Shown: positions 26,326 to 37,118 of the stretch, piece after piece
How the letters are laid out: each line of letters begins with the position of its first letter
How positions within the stretch are numbered: the first letter of the stretch is position 1
Source of the DNA: a virus
Lineage: Duplodnaviria > Heunggongvirae > Uroviricota > Caudoviricetes
Strand: one strand, 5' to 3'
DNA: 64,000 nt
Virus record (IMG/VR): IMGVR_UViG_2855308460_000004
Notes under the pieces: model-generated
The model's input: the letters and a program-made list of their open reading frames with translations, nothing else
Database searches by the model: none
Told to the model about the DNA's origin: nothing
Made by a program: the position numbers and the translations under genes

Positions 26326-26853
26326 GTGATAATAATGAAAGAAGCATGGAAACCATTGATTTATAAGGGCGTGGATTATTCAGACCGGTTTTACATTTCA
26401 AATCATGGGAATATTTACAGCACATATCGTAAACATGTTCTAAAGGGATTTACTAATAAAAAGGGATATATTCAAATTTCAGCTAGTTACCATGGAAGAA
26501 GATTACTCATTAAGATTCATCAAGCAGTAGCTGAAAATTTTGTGGACGGGTATAAGAAGGGTTTGATCGTAAATCATAAAGATGGAAATAAAACAAATAA
26601 CAAATATACTAATTTAGAATGGGTTACATCAGGAGATAATACTAGACATGCTCATGAAAACGGATTATGTTTATTCGCTAAACCAATAATATGTTTAAAT
26701 ACGGGAGATACTTTTCCATCTTTAGCAGCTGCAGCACGATGGTGTGGACTGAACGAAAAGAGTAGTTCTTTTAGGAGGTATTTCAGAGGTGAGTATAAGT
26801 TTGCTGGAAGAAATCCAGTCACAAAGGAACCTCTCCGATGGAGACTTTTATAA
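26326..26853 (+). CDS. HNH homing endonuclease (NUMOD4 + HNH_3)
   Basis: WKPLIYKGVDYSDRFYISNHGNIYS; NHKDGNKTNNKYTNLEWVT…DN. Confidence 0.75.
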   Translation: MIIMKEAWKPLIYKGVDYSDRFYISNHGNIYSTYRKHVLKGFTNKKGYIQISASYHGRRLLIKIHQAVAENFVDGYKKGLIVNHKDGNKTNNKYTNLEWVTSGDNTRHAHENGLCLFAKPIICLNTGDTFPSLAAAARWCGLNEKSSSFRRYFRGEYKFAGRNPVTKEPLRWRLL

Positions 26854-27077
26854 TGAAAAGAGCCTGCCAGGGCTCTTTTTAATGTGTATGTGTCTGTTTA
26901 CACTGTAGACATAGATAGGCTCCACAGGCTGTACATTTTTCATAGTTGTCCTTATATAATTTTGTCTGACAATCATGGCAGACTACAGGGACACCAGAAA
27001 AACATAATTTCTTTCTGCTTGCCGTGATTTTATTTTCTTGCATTAATTATCCTCCTTGGTTCTTTAGTATAAATATA

Positions 27078-28130
27078 TTATGTATCAATGACTCCTAAAA
27101 CATATTTTTTTGCAAAATCTCTTGTTAGATAGTAGTCAAGCTGACTAGGTCTTTTGATTACATCTCCTATAGATTCCATATAGTCCCATATATCTGGTGC
27201 CACCTTACAAAAAAAATCCTGGTATTCAACTGTACCTAGTTTAGCACTAAAATACTCTGCTATATTAATGATGAACGAGTCCAAAATAGAATCTTCAAGC
27301 CAATATTGGAACTGTATTTCTGGATATTTAAGTTCATTTTTAGCAAATTTTTTCATGTATTCAGCTCCGGATACATTATCTTCCCAAATATCAAAAAATA
27401 CTGTATCGTAGTGTGAAAGATTATTATTTTTAATATATTGCTCAGCCTCACATAAAATAATCTGGGTCTTATGATTTTTAAACTGAGGCAAAATAATATC
27501 CTTGATGATATGAAAAATTCGTTCATCCGATTCAATGATTGTGATTTCAGACACATCTTCTTTTAAGGATATCATGTATGGGTAATAAGCCAAACCACCT
27601 CCAAAGACTAGAACTTTTCCTTTAGCTGATTTTATATGTTTGTACATTGTGTTAATTTCCATAGGACAAATGCTCATCCATACAAAATATTTGTTTTTTA
27701 ATACATAAGTAAAAGCGGTATCGTCAAAAATTCCAATCGGAAATTTCCTTAAAAGGTCATCTGTTTGTAAAGGCTCATTTATAATGGCCAGTTCGTTTTT
27801 GGCATAAAATGCTGTCTCTAATTTTAAGTCACCAATCGATAGTGGCTTTAAGACAATGTTTTTTAAGTAAGGATTCTGTAATAAATCAATAGCATGAATA
27901 GTATCAATATTAGGAATACATTGATCAAAAACATATGGATTAATGGGATGGTTATTCACCGAATATGTTTTAAAAAGTTCCCTGGCCTCTTCGTTTGTAA
28001 CGATATTTTCACTTTGAATCTTACTACCATCAATGTATGGTTCCAATATAGACATACTCATAAAATCTGCTATATTTTGTTTTAGACCTGCCATTTTTTT
28101 AATTATTCTATTTGTTAACTCTATATTCAT
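27078..28130 (-). CDS. Spermidine synthase-like / class I SAM-dependent methyltransferase-fold protein (350 aa)
   Basis: VLVFGGGLAYYPYMI…ITIIESDERI…DTVFFDIW resembles the SpeE glycine-rich and acidic motifs. Confidence 0.4.
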   Translation of the reverse strand: MNIELTNRIIKKMAGLKQNIADFMSMSILEPYIDGSKIQSENIVTNEEARELFKTYSVNNHPINPYVFDQCIPNIDTIHAIDLLQNPYLKNIVLKPLSIGDLKLETAFYAKNELAIINEPLQTDDLLRKFPIGIFDDTAFTYVLKNKYFVWMSICPMEINTMYKHIKSAKGKVLVFGGGLAYYPYMISLKEDVSEITIIESDERIFHIIKDIILPQFKNHKTQIILCEAEQYIKNNNLSHYDTVFFDIWEDNVSGAEYMKKFAKNELKYPEIQFQYWLEDSILDSFIINIAEYFSAKLGTVEYQDFFCKVAPDIWDYMESIGDVIKRPSQLDYYLTRDFAKKYVLGVIDT

Positions 28131-28212
28131 TCCATTACCTTCTTTCTTGTTTTACATAGTATGAAAGAATTTATTTATATGAATTAGATTGTTTTTTATA
28201 TACAGGGAAAAC

Positions 28213-28236
28213 AAAAAAGGCCAGCAGGCCTTTTAA
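28213..28236. terminator. Bidirectional terminator
   Basis: aaggcc-agca-ggcctt. Confidence 0.55.
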
Positions 28237-28733
28237 ATAAAACAAATTCTCATTTCTTTTACAAGGGATATCTGATCCTCCATAATAGTGGGTGAAAATA
28301 ATTTATCCTGATAGAAATCAACCACGATACCATCCTCATCATATTGACCATTTTGCAATTTTCTACAATAAACATGATAATTATCTTTGACTTCTGTGAC
28401 CACATAGTCACCGATTAAGTGCCTTGAATCATATTCATAATCATTTTTATATTTTGCTATGGTCGCGCTAACCAACTGTTTAACCATTTCTTTGTCAACA
28501 GACATTCCGTAGGAATTGAATATGTTATTAATACGCTCTAAAAATTCTTTCTTTAATGAATCCTTTTTATCAGATACATCAACCAGATAGAGGCGTCCAA
28601 TATCAACTTTTTGGCAAACTATTTCATCTGAAAACGGAACATTCTCATATATAAATTTAGCTTCTACATTTGTCCTTACTTGAAATCCTTCTGATAAGTA
28701 AACAACATCGCCAATCTTTAATTTTCTTTCCAT
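28233..28733 (-). CDS. Hypothetical protein (166 aa)
   Basis: ORF with RBS. Confidence 0.5.
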   Translation of the reverse strand: MERKLKIGDVVYLSEGFQVRTNVEAKFIYENVPFSDEIVCQKVDIGRLYLVDVSDKKDSLKKEFLERINNIFNSYGMSVDKEMVKQLVSATIAKYKNDYEYDSRHLIGDYVVTEVKDNYHVYCRKLQNGQYDEDGIVVDFYQDKLFSPTIMEDQISLVKEMRICFI

Positions 28734-28821
28734 AATAATTCTCCTTTTTACTTTTCTTAATAATTTCTTTAGATATATAATATGTTCTTACTTTATAAAG
28801 ATAAAAAAGACCCGAAGGTCT

Positions 28822-29598
28822 TTACAAATATTTTTTTAAAATAGACGCAACCTGATAGATAGATTCAATATTGATATATACCTTGGATTCAAATGCAAGA
28901 TACTTTAAACGTCTATCCTCGGCAATATAGTCATTGAGTACTGAACTTAATTCAGAAAGACTTTCAATAAAAAGACCTTCAACAATTAAAAATTTTGAAA
29001 CTATATGACACATATATCTATATGAATCGGCAGGAATTTTATAATAATATGTATTTCCTTTATAACTGTTGTGGCTCCTTTTATATAATTCCAAAGAATA
29101 CATAAATCTAAATAATTCATCAACCAGAGAAGTTCTTTTTGTTTCTTTCTCAAACGCATTGTAATCAAATAAACTGTGATGATTTACCGTTGTACCGGGA
29201 AAACATGAATTGCTAGGATGATAAACTCCATTAATTTCTTTCTTGAGTTTGTTCTTTAATACTGGCAAACCAGGAACATAGATTGAATCTTCCTCATCAT
29301 AGTAATCATTTAATTTTGATTCCATAGAAGCTAACTTACGTCGATCCTGCATTGTGGTCCCATGAAATGAACACAAGCCACAGGAACAGTGGATTTTCCC
29401 TTTAGAGAGCACTCCTTTGTGTTTTACATACCAATAGGAAGAAATATCACCATAAGAATTTCTCAATTCATTATCAGACTCATTCTCGTTATAGAATGCA
29501 GGTGGATTATCCTGTCTATATGAATTAATGATTTTCAGTTTTCTATTGATTGCTTTTTTTCTCATTTTTCTATAATAATCTCTCGTACGATTCGCCAT
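28822..29598 (-). CDS. Hypothetical protein with a Cys cluster (HCSCGLCSFHG)
   Basis: ORF. Confidence 0.5.
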   Translation of the reverse strand: MANRTRDYYRKMRKKAINRKLKIINSYRQDNPPAFYNENESDNELRNSYGDISSYWYVKHKGVLSKGKIHCSCGLCSFHGTTMQDRRKLASMESKLNDYYDEEDSIYVPGLPVLKNKLKKEINGVYHPSNSCFPGTTVNHHSLFDYNAFEKETKRTSLVDELFRFMYSLELYKRSHNSYKGNTYYYKIPADSYRYMCHIVSKFLIVEGLFIESLSELSSVLNDYIAEDRRLKYLAFESKVYINIESIYQVASILKKYL

Positions 29599-29741
29599 AA
29601 TAATACACTCCTTTTGTTATTCATATAGAATTAGTATGTGGCACTGATTTGCTAAATAAAACATATTCAAACAAAAGATAATAAGAATATGAATCTTACA
29701 TAATAAAAAAGACAATAAAAAGGATAGGAGGCTATTATCAA

Positions 29742-30194
29742 ATGGCAAAAATTTTTAAAACAAACTCACAGGAGCAGGCTTTAAAAGAGATCGTCGATTC
29801 ATTAAAAATTGTATCAGCATTGAATGAAATTTTAGATGATGAAGATGTATCCGAATGCAAGATAAGAGTAAATGGAACCACAAAGAGTGGTCAGATTAAT
29901 GAACAAATTCCAATTCCATTCACAATGATTGCTTCGCAATTAAAGGATTATCGGAAGCGATTGGTGAAAGAAATACAGGACAAATCCAAAAATTTCAGCA
30001 TCAAGCTTGATGAAAATGAAAATGAAATAATCTCTATGAAGAAGAAAAAAGATACGGAAACTGTTAGGCCTAAGCAGGTGGAAGATGAGATAAAAGAGGA
30101 AGATTTGAAGGAAGAAGATGTTGAATCTGAACAGGAATCCTCCTACATACCCAACAATGATTTTGCAGGAAATTCACATAAGGAATGGATGTAA
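29742..30194 (+). CDS. Hypothetical acidic protein (150 aa)
   Basis: ORF with RBS aggagg. Confidence 0.5.
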   Translation: MAKIFKTNSQEQALKEIVDSLKIVSALNEILDDEDVSECKIRVNGTTKSGQINEQIPIPFTMIASQLKDYRKRLVKEIQDKSKNFSIKLDENENEIISMKKKKDTETVRPKQVEDEIKEEDLKEEDVESEQESSYIPNNDFAGNSHKEWM

Positions 30195-30215
30195 TAGGAA
30201 TAAAATACTGACATA

Positions 30216-30238
30216 GAGGAGCGTAAGCTCCTTTTTTA
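30216..30238 (+). terminator. Intrinsic terminator
   Basis: ggagc-gtaa-gctcc + TTTTTT. Confidence 0.6.
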
Positions 30239-31237
30239 ATATGAATATTATTAAAATTGCGTAATAAGTAATAACGAAAAGAAAAAACTGAAAAATATTC
30301 AAAACCTTTATTAAGCCATAAAAGATATAGATTTCAATTCTTTTTCTCTTTACACTCTTTTAAATTGCCTGGCAATTTCATTTTCCCTTTTCTGTTTTTT
30401 GGCTACAGAAAATATATAGGAAAATAAAAAAGAATACCTTTTAAATCTTTTAAAAAACCAGAGGATAAATTCTGATGCATGCTTAAAATGTTTCAACTTA
30501 CAAAATAGTGGATACCTATTATCTCTGTAACCCTCTAACTTTTACAAGTTTATGATCCGTATTAAGTGTTTGATTTTGATATATAAAAAATCGGGTTACC
30601 ATGTAAGTACAATCAAGGTCCTATAAATGCTGTAAAACACTCCATATAGCAGCAATCAAACTATTACCAATATATATGATATTTTATTTTCGATTTTTGG
30701 CTCCATATAAAGAAATTCAGACATATTATTTGTAGAATACGAAAGGAGGTATCCATGGGAGGATAGTAAGATAATATATATGATTAAAAAAAGAATAATA
30801 TATGGTTGATTGTTATATATCTTTTTATTTCAACTTTATATCTTACATTTGTGATTGCTCGTCTACTGCATTTGTTGATTTGTGACATACCACTATTAGT
30901 GATATTCTATACAATTATCAATGATTTAAATACAAATGATAAATATCGATATATCGATATATAGATATACGAATACAGGAGATGATAGTTGGTTTTCTTT
31001 TTGGGTGTTCTTTAATTAATGATTAAAACACTTTCAACCTATTCACTTTCAATTGAAATAAAGAATAGAGTGAAGTGTTATTTAATACAGATGTTCATGG
31101 CAATACCTATATTTGTGGTATTTAAAGTCGTAAATACAAAAACAAAAACAGAATAATTTGATTGGATACTAGTTATTTGCAAATTTTTATCACCATATTA
31201 AAACTGTAAAAAATAAAGAAAATAAAGGAGATTTAAT

Positions 31238-32779
31238 ATGTTAGATTTAATTTTACCGATGTTGCCAATTGTTTTAGTTGTAATCATTCTACTTGGTATT
31301 TTAGCCAGTGGTTATGTAAAAGCGCCACCGGACAGGGCATATATTATTTCTGGCCTTAAGAAGGAACCTAAAATTTTAACTGGTCGTGCTGGTATTAAAA
31401 TTCCGTTTCTTGAGAGACTTGATAAATTGTATCTAGGTCAGATGACGGTTGATATTAAAACAGAGCAGTCCGTTCCAACCAACGACTTTATTAATGTTAA
31501 TGTTGACGCTGTTGCAAAAGTAAGGATTGAACCCTCTGAAGAAGGAATCAAGCTAGCTGCAAAGAACTTCCTTAATAAGAATCAAGATCAGATTACCCTT
31601 GATCTACAGGATTCATTACAAGGAAATATGCGTGAGATTATCGGCACTCTGACATTAAAGGCTATTAACACAGATCGTGATTCATTCTCAGATCAGGTAA
31701 TGGAAAAAGCCTCAAAGGATATGAAGAAACTTGGTATCGAAATCGTATCATGCAATATCCAGAACGTGACAGACGAAAATGGGCTGATTAAGGATCTTGG
31801 TGCTGACAATACTGCCAGAATCAAAAAGGATGCATCTATTGCAAAAGCACAGGCTGAAAGAGATATTGCAATTGCCCAGGCTGAAGCTGATAAGACAGCA
31901 AATGATGCACGAGTAATTTCTGAAACTGAGATTGCACAGAGAAACAATGAACTGTCAATTAAGAAATCCGAGCTGCAGAAAGTTTCCGACACGAAGAAAG
32001 CAGAAGCAGATGCAGCATATGAGATTCAGAGACAGGAGCAGGAAAAAACAATTCAGACCGCAACTGTCAATGCGCAGATTGCAAAAGCTGAAAAGGAAGC
32101 TGAGCTGAAAACAAAAGAAGTTGCTGTTATGCAACAGAAATTAGAAGCTGAAATTAATAAAAAAGCGGATGCAGAACGTTATCGTGTTGAACAAATTGCA
32201 GCTGCGGACCTTGCCCGTAGACAACGAGAAGCAGAAGCTAAGAAATATGAGCAAGAGAAAGAGGCAGAGGCTAAAAAGGCAATTGCAGAAGCACAAAAAT
32301 ATGCAATGTTACAGGAAGCTGAAGGTGTGAAAGCAAAAGGTGAGGCTGAAGCTACTGCAATTCAGGCAAAAGGCCTTGCAGAAGCAGAAGCTATGGAAAA
32401 GAAAGCAGAGGCAATGAAGAAGTATGGCCAGGCTGCTATGATGGAAATGATTGTACAGGCATTACCAGAAATGGCAAAAGCAATTGCGGAACCATTGTCT
32501 ACTATTGATAAGGTAACAATCATTGACAGTGGTAATGGTGAAGCGGGTGTATCTTCCATGGGTTCCTATGTCCCTGGTGTGTTAGCCAAGACGATTGAAT
32601 CTGTAAAGGAGACAACCGGATTGGATATAACGGAAATTATGAAAGCCAATACGTATGATGCTAAGGTAACCAGGAACGTAAATATTTCTGGTCTTCCTGA
32701 GAATGTTGAATCTGATGAAGTTTCAAATGCAATGGTAGCGAAAGAAGTAGTTGAAGCTACTAACAGTAAGGAAGACTAA
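31238..32779 (+). CDS. floT: Flotillin-like SPFH/band-7 protein (FloT/YuaG family)
   Basis: N-terminal TM; SPFH domain; long Ala/Glu/Lys-rich coiled coil; C-terminal MEMIVQALPEMAKAIAEPLSTIDKVTIID. Confidence 0.8.
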   Translation: MLDLILPMLPIVLVVIILLGILASGYVKAPPDRAYIISGLKKEPKILTGRAGIKIPFLERLDKLYLGQMTVDIKTEQSVPTNDFINVNVDAVAKVRIEPSEEGIKLAAKNFLNKNQDQITLDLQDSLQGNMREIIGTLTLKAINTDRDSFSDQVMEKASKDMKKLGIEIVSCNIQNVTDENGLIKDLGADNTARIKKDASIAKAQAERDIAIAQAEADKTANDARVISETEIAQRNNELSIKKSELQKVSDTKKAEADAAYEIQRQEQEKTIQTATVNAQIAKAEKEAELKTKEVAVMQQKLEAEINKKADAERYRVEQIAAADLARRQREAEAKKYEQEKEAEAKKAIAEAQKYAMLQEAEGVKAKGEAEATAIQAKGLAEAEAMEKKAEAMKKYGQAAMMEMIVQALPEMAKAIAEPLSTIDKVTIIDSGNGEAGVSSMGSYVPGVLAKTIESVKETTGLDITEIMKANTYDAKVTRNVNISGLPENVESDEVSNAMVAKEVVEATNSKED

Positions 32780-32801
32780 TTCAACCGTAATAGTAAATAA
32801 A

Positions 32802-32827
32802 AGAGAGCTCAGGCTCTCTTTTTTTGT
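32802..32827 (+). terminator. Intrinsic terminator
   Basis: gagagc-tcag-gctctc + T7. Confidence 0.65.
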
Positions 32828-32949
32828 ACAAAAAACAGTCAATAATTTAGCAGTTGTGCTGATATCAACTTTAGGTGATACCTGCAAATATGATACATTC
32901 ATACATACTTAATATAAAAGTTTATATGACTAAAATAAAGGAGATTAAA

Positions 32950-33204
32950 ATGAAGGGAAGATTAAAAGAAGCAAGAAAAGAAGCAAGAGAATACATGAAC
33001 GAACGTGGACGGTATCATTCATGCATAAGTTTTACAAGACAAAAAGGATACTACTTTACGCCACATGGTGATGGATTTACCGTTTTTTATTGTAATAAAA
33101 ATGGCAGCCTAACAGAATCTAAAACAGATTATGCAAGAAGATTTCATCAATGTAAAAAGCAAAGGGAAAAAAGGCGAAACCTAAATGGTAAGAAAAAACA
33201 CTGA
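32950..33204 (+). CDS. Small basic protein (84 aa from the RBS-supported ATG)
   Basis: K/R-rich; RBS aaaggagat. Confidence 0.4.
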   Translation: MKGRLKEARKEAREYMNERGRYHSCISFTRQKGYYFTPHGDGFTVFYCNKNGSLTESKTDYARRFHQCKKQREKRRNLNGKKKH

Positions 33205-33279
33205 AATGCTTTTGGAATCTTATTTATATTATTGTCTTATATCACACATAATATTCAAAAATAAAAAAGGAGAATATAA

Positions 33280-34386
33280 ATGAGAAAAATTATGAACCGA
33301 TTTGGGACAGGAATACTATATGATGAAACAGATTTAGGAAAAGGTATATACTGCGTATGTACTGCATGTATGAGTGTCTGGTCTGATTTCTTAAGTTTTG
33401 CTAATTTAGAATTAGAAAAAGGAGGCTTTAAAGGTTTCGTCAAACATAAAAATCAGAGTAAAGAAGTATCACCATACTACATAGAAAATGACTGTTACCT
33501 TAATGATACGGATACAATCGTAGTGTTAGGATGTCAAGTGACTGATCTTGCAATTTATAATGATTTAAAAACAGCAGAAAAATTGCATGAAAGATACCCA
33601 GATATTCCTATTTATATGGGAGGATGTTTGGCTCAAAGATTTGATATTGAGCTGCCTGAATATCTAAAGCGACTTGATGTTATTAGAGAAGAATATCAAA
33701 ACCTGCAGTTTGTAAATGGATTTATTGATTATAAAAAACCGTTTTGGAATAAGGAACTGAAAGATGACGAAAAGGATGAACTTGCTGCAGGCAACTTATT
33801 TCGGCATATGTATCCATTAAAGATTGGAGCAGGATGTCATGGAAAATGCAAATACTGTACCATAAGAGACACAAGAGGTGAAACTTATGAAACAGATGCT
33901 TATCTGCAGATAAATGAATTTTTGATGCATGACAACATTGTCTTAATCAGTGATAGTCCAACTGTAAAACAAATACATGATTGGTGTCACCTTGCGGATA
34001 GATATGATAGGACAATATCTCTTAGGAATGTAGAACCTCAGATTGCAAATGCATGCCGAAATGATTTAATGTATATTGCTAAAAAGGGCCTTCTTAAAAT
34101 CTTACATTGTCCAATCCAGAGTAATAACACAAATGTGTTGTCTGCAATGAATCGAGATATCAAAGGAACACTTGAGTATATAGACTTTGCTCAAGAACTA
34201 AGATCAATGGGAGTGATTGTTGCCACAAACATTATTATAGATTACACCGTGGACGGAGATGTAATACATAATATGGATGAAGATTGGCTTGATTCACATT
34301 TCGATTACTGGTCATGGAATCCATACTTTGATGGTAACTGGGATTATGAGAAAGCAAAAGAACGGTTTGAAAAGTATATTGGGTGA
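33280..34386 (+). CDS. Radical SAM methylthiotransferase-like protein (MiaB/RimO family, no TRAM domain)
   Basis: N-terminal MTTase-like Cys (YCVCTAC, LGCQVT, GGCLAQR) plus radical SAM CHGKCKYC. Confidence 0.5.
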   Translation: MRKIMNRFGTGILYDETDLGKGIYCVCTACMSVWSDFLSFANLELEKGGFKGFVKHKNQSKEVSPYYIENDCYLNDTDTIVVLGCQVTDLAIYNDLKTAEKLHERYPDIPIYMGGCLAQRFDIELPEYLKRLDVIREEYQNLQFVNGFIDYKKPFWNKELKDDEKDELAAGNLFRHMYPLKIGAGCHGKCKYCTIRDTRGETYETDAYLQINEFLMHDNIVLISDSPTVKQIHDWCHLADRYDRTISLRNVEPQIANACRNDLMYIAKKGLLKILHCPIQSNNTNVLSAMNRDIKGTLEYIDFAQELRSMGVIVATNIIIDYTVDGDVIHNMDEDWLDSHFDYWSWNPYFDGNWDYEKAKERFEKYIG

Positions 34387-34470
34387 GTGACTATTACATT
34401 TATAAAGAGCTGACCAATAATCAGTTCTTTTTTTATGAAATATCATACTAAAAATAAAAAGGAGTATTTT

Positions 34471-35694
34471 ATGTTCTTAGATATATTTAAAATAAAAAAA
34501 TATTCCAACAAGCAATTTGATAGTTGGCAATTAGATGAAATCCAAAAAGGTAAGGAAGCTGGAGTTGATACTTCAATTTATGCTTATCCGCAAATTAAGC
34601 CATATGAAATGGAAGCTGCTAGAAAGGCTTTGATAATGGGAGTATCTCCAGATTGTTTAAGTTATCTTATTAAAGAATATACTGATAGGAATATAGAAAC
34701 ATATAATTTAGAAGACTTAATAAAAAACTCAATTTATGTTCTTGATATTGATTTTTTAACCACAAAATATTTACCCAAAGAGGCTCCTTCTGAAACGCAT
34801 AAGCTTTTTAAATCTGAAATTCTATATGGTGCGGTATTTGGAGATATTGCTGGAAGTTTCTATGATTTTACACTAAAATCAGATGAGCGTAAGGGTCTTA
34901 ATATAAATAATTGTATAGTTAATGGAAGTAGCTTTACTGATGACACAATTCTTACTTGTGCTACAGCTATTACCATAGGTAATAACACAATAAAAAAAGA
35001 ACAAAGAAGACCCGCTATAAGCGACTTCAATAAAAACTCTTGCTATCCATTTCTAAATAACCCTTTTAAAAGTGAATATCGAGAAAAAACACTTAAATTT
35101 CCTGGAAGTGGATATGGTGCTAATTTCTATGAATGGGCTATTTACAATAGTGATTATCCATATGGCAGTTTTGGAAATGGATCAGCAATGAGAGTTTCTC
35201 CTATTGGCGTTAAGTTTGAAAAAGTAAAAGATGTGATTCTATATGCAATAGCAAGTGCCTCTGTAACACACAATCATCCAGAAGGGATAAAAGGCGCTGC
35301 AGTCACGGCTGTTATTATTTGGATGGCAAGGAATGGGTATAGCAAAGAACAAATCTTTGCATATATGAAAAACTATTATATCAATACATATGGATTTGTT
35401 CACTTTAGTTTAGATGAATTAAAATACCCAATGCATCAATTAAAATCTGATTCAACTTGTATGTTTGCTGTACCTGCAGCTGTTATATGTTTTTATAATG
35501 CAAATTCATATGAAGAAACCATTGATAATATTTTATCATTTAATGGAAATTCTGATACTATAGGCACTATTGCAGGATCAATTGCAGCAGCCTATTATGG
35601 AGTTCCCAAAATGGTAATAGAGAAAGTAAATGAATATAAACCAGAGGGAATATTTGATGAAGCACTATCTGCTTTGAAAAAAGAAGAACCTTAA
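34471..35694 (+). CDS. ADP-ribosylglycohydrolase family protein
   Basis: GAVFGDIAGSFYDF, GSSFTDDTILT, GNGSAMRVSPIG, GNSDTIGTIAGSIAAAYYG. Confidence 0.65.
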   Translation: MFLDIFKIKKYSNKQFDSWQLDEIQKGKEAGVDTSIYAYPQIKPYEMEAARKALIMGVSPDCLSYLIKEYTDRNIETYNLEDLIKNSIYVLDIDFLTTKYLPKEAPSETHKLFKSEILYGAVFGDIAGSFYDFTLKSDERKGLNINNCIVNGSSFTDDTILTCATAITIGNNTIKKEQRRPAISDFNKNSCYPFLNNPFKSEYREKTLKFPGSGYGANFYEWAIYNSDYPYGSFGNGSAMRVSPIGVKFEKVKDVILYAIASASVTHNHPEGIKGAAVTAVIIWMARNGYSKEQIFAYMKNYYINTYGFVHFSLDELKYPMHQLKSDSTCMFAVPAAVICFYNANSYEETIDNILSFNGNSDTIGTIAGSIAAAYYGVPKMVIEKVNEYKPEGIFDEALSALKKEEP

Positions 35695-35786
35695 ATAATT
35701 TTTCGTTATATGACAGAAAGCATGATTGTGAAAATAAATATACTTACATATTAATAATACAATCAAATAGAAATGGAGAGTAAAAA

Positions 35787-35936
35787 ATGACAATTAAAGA
35801 ATTAGCAGAAAAGTGTAAAGAACGCAAAATTGAATGTGAAGGATGTCCATACAAAAAGAAATGCGATGAATTTTCAAACTTCATAGAAGAAATTTCTCCA
35901 GCTGGACTTTTAGATATACTTGAGGAAACTATATAA
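35787..35936 (+). CDS. Small Cys-rich protein (49 aa)
   Basis: CKERKIECEGCPYKKKC. Confidence 0.3.
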   Translation: MTIKELAEKCKERKIECEGCPYKKKCDEFSNFIEEISPAGLLDILEETI

Positions 35937-35975
35937 TTAAAAATCTGAAATTACAAAAATAAATCGGAGGAAAAA

Positions 35976-36263
35976 ATGTGGAATGTTATATTAAGCAGAA
36001 TAGAGAATAATGTTATAAAACCATCCCAAAATAATCCAGGCATAAGTGGAAGGTACCTGTGTACTTGTGTACAATTTTATCGAGGAAAGGAATACAATCG
36101 ATATCTACAAATGATGGAATATAATGCAGAGAAACAATACTGGCATGATCCTGGAAAGGAAAATGCAGTTAGCCATGTAATTTTGGCATGGACTGAAGAT
36201 ATTTGCCCATGTGATTATAATGACTTTAGATACAATACTGGAGGGTATTTAACGGCAGAGTAA
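35976..36263 (+). CDS. Hypothetical protein (95 aa)
   Basis: ORF with RBS. Confidence 0.4.
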   Translation: MWNVILSRIENNVIKPSQNNPGISGRYLCTCVQFYRGKEYNRYLQMMEYNAEKQYWHDPGKENAVSHVILAWTEDICPCDYNDFRYNTGGYLTAE

Positions 36264-36338
36264 TTAAGCGGTATAGATTATGTTAGAAAGTGATTGGAAT
36301 GGGTGTCCATATAGACGGAATCTAATTATAAGGAGATA

Positions 36339-36629
36339 ATGATGGAAGAATCCAAATTAATGACTTATGAAGAAATGAAGCAAATTTTACTCACGGAAAT
36401 ACCATTTGATACATTAGAAAAGAATAGTGGAATCTATGAATTTCATGAAGTTGGATTTCTTAGTATTGGCATTTCCTACGAAGATGTATACGACCCTAAT
36501 GAAATTTATTACTATAATCTGTTTTGGGCTGATCAATATATTGATATTGGTGCAATAGGAACAAAGTCAGAGCCAGTTAATGATAACGTGATTTGGAAAC
36601 TAGTAAATAAATGGAACGAGTTGTTTTAA
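36339..36629 (+). CDS. Hypothetical protein (96 aa)
   Basis: ORF with RBS aaggagat. Confidence 0.4.
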   Translation: MMEESKLMTYEEMKQILLTEIPFDTLEKNSGIYEFHEVGFLSIGISYEDVYDPNEIYYYNLFWADQYIDIGAIGTKSEPVNDNVIWKLVNKWNELF

Positions 36630-36683
36630 AAATCTTCAATACATAATAATAAATGATTATAAACATAAAAGGAGAAAATTAAA

Positions 36684-37058
36684 ATGGGAATTGGACTTGA
36701 AACAATTTTTGATTTAGGAATTGAGAAAAGTATGAAAGAAGAAGTAAAAACTTTGCGTTTTTACGTATCAAGTGATGGAAGAAAAACAACTGCAATTGAA
36801 GAAGGACATGAGCTAGATGGAATCAATCTTATTTTGAAACGATATCCTTTTGTAGATCCGGAATGGCTCCTTTCAAAAAAGCGCTATCTTGTTCATGATA
36901 AGCTGGTTGCAACAGCTATCTGCCACGAAGAGGATACTCCTGATAAAAAAGAAGGAAAGAAAGTTGCAATCAAAAAATTGAATGTTTTAATTAAAGGACA
37001 GGCGATATCAGCTTTGAAACTTTTTGAACTTGATATGAAAAAACAGTTTGCAAAATAG
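36684..37058 (+). CDS. Hypothetical protein (124 aa)
   Basis: ORF with RBS aaaggagaaaa. Confidence 0.45.
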   Translation: MGIGLETIFDLGIEKSMKEEVKTLRFYVSSDGRKTTAIEEGHELDGINLILKRYPFVDPEWLLSKKRYLVHDKLVATAICHEEDTPDKKEGKKVAIKKLNVLIKGQAISALKLFELDMKKQFAK

Positions 37059-37118
37059 TGAATAGAAACGCGGCTTAATCTTTAAGGTTATAGCAGCGTT
37101 TTTTCAAAAGGAGGACTT

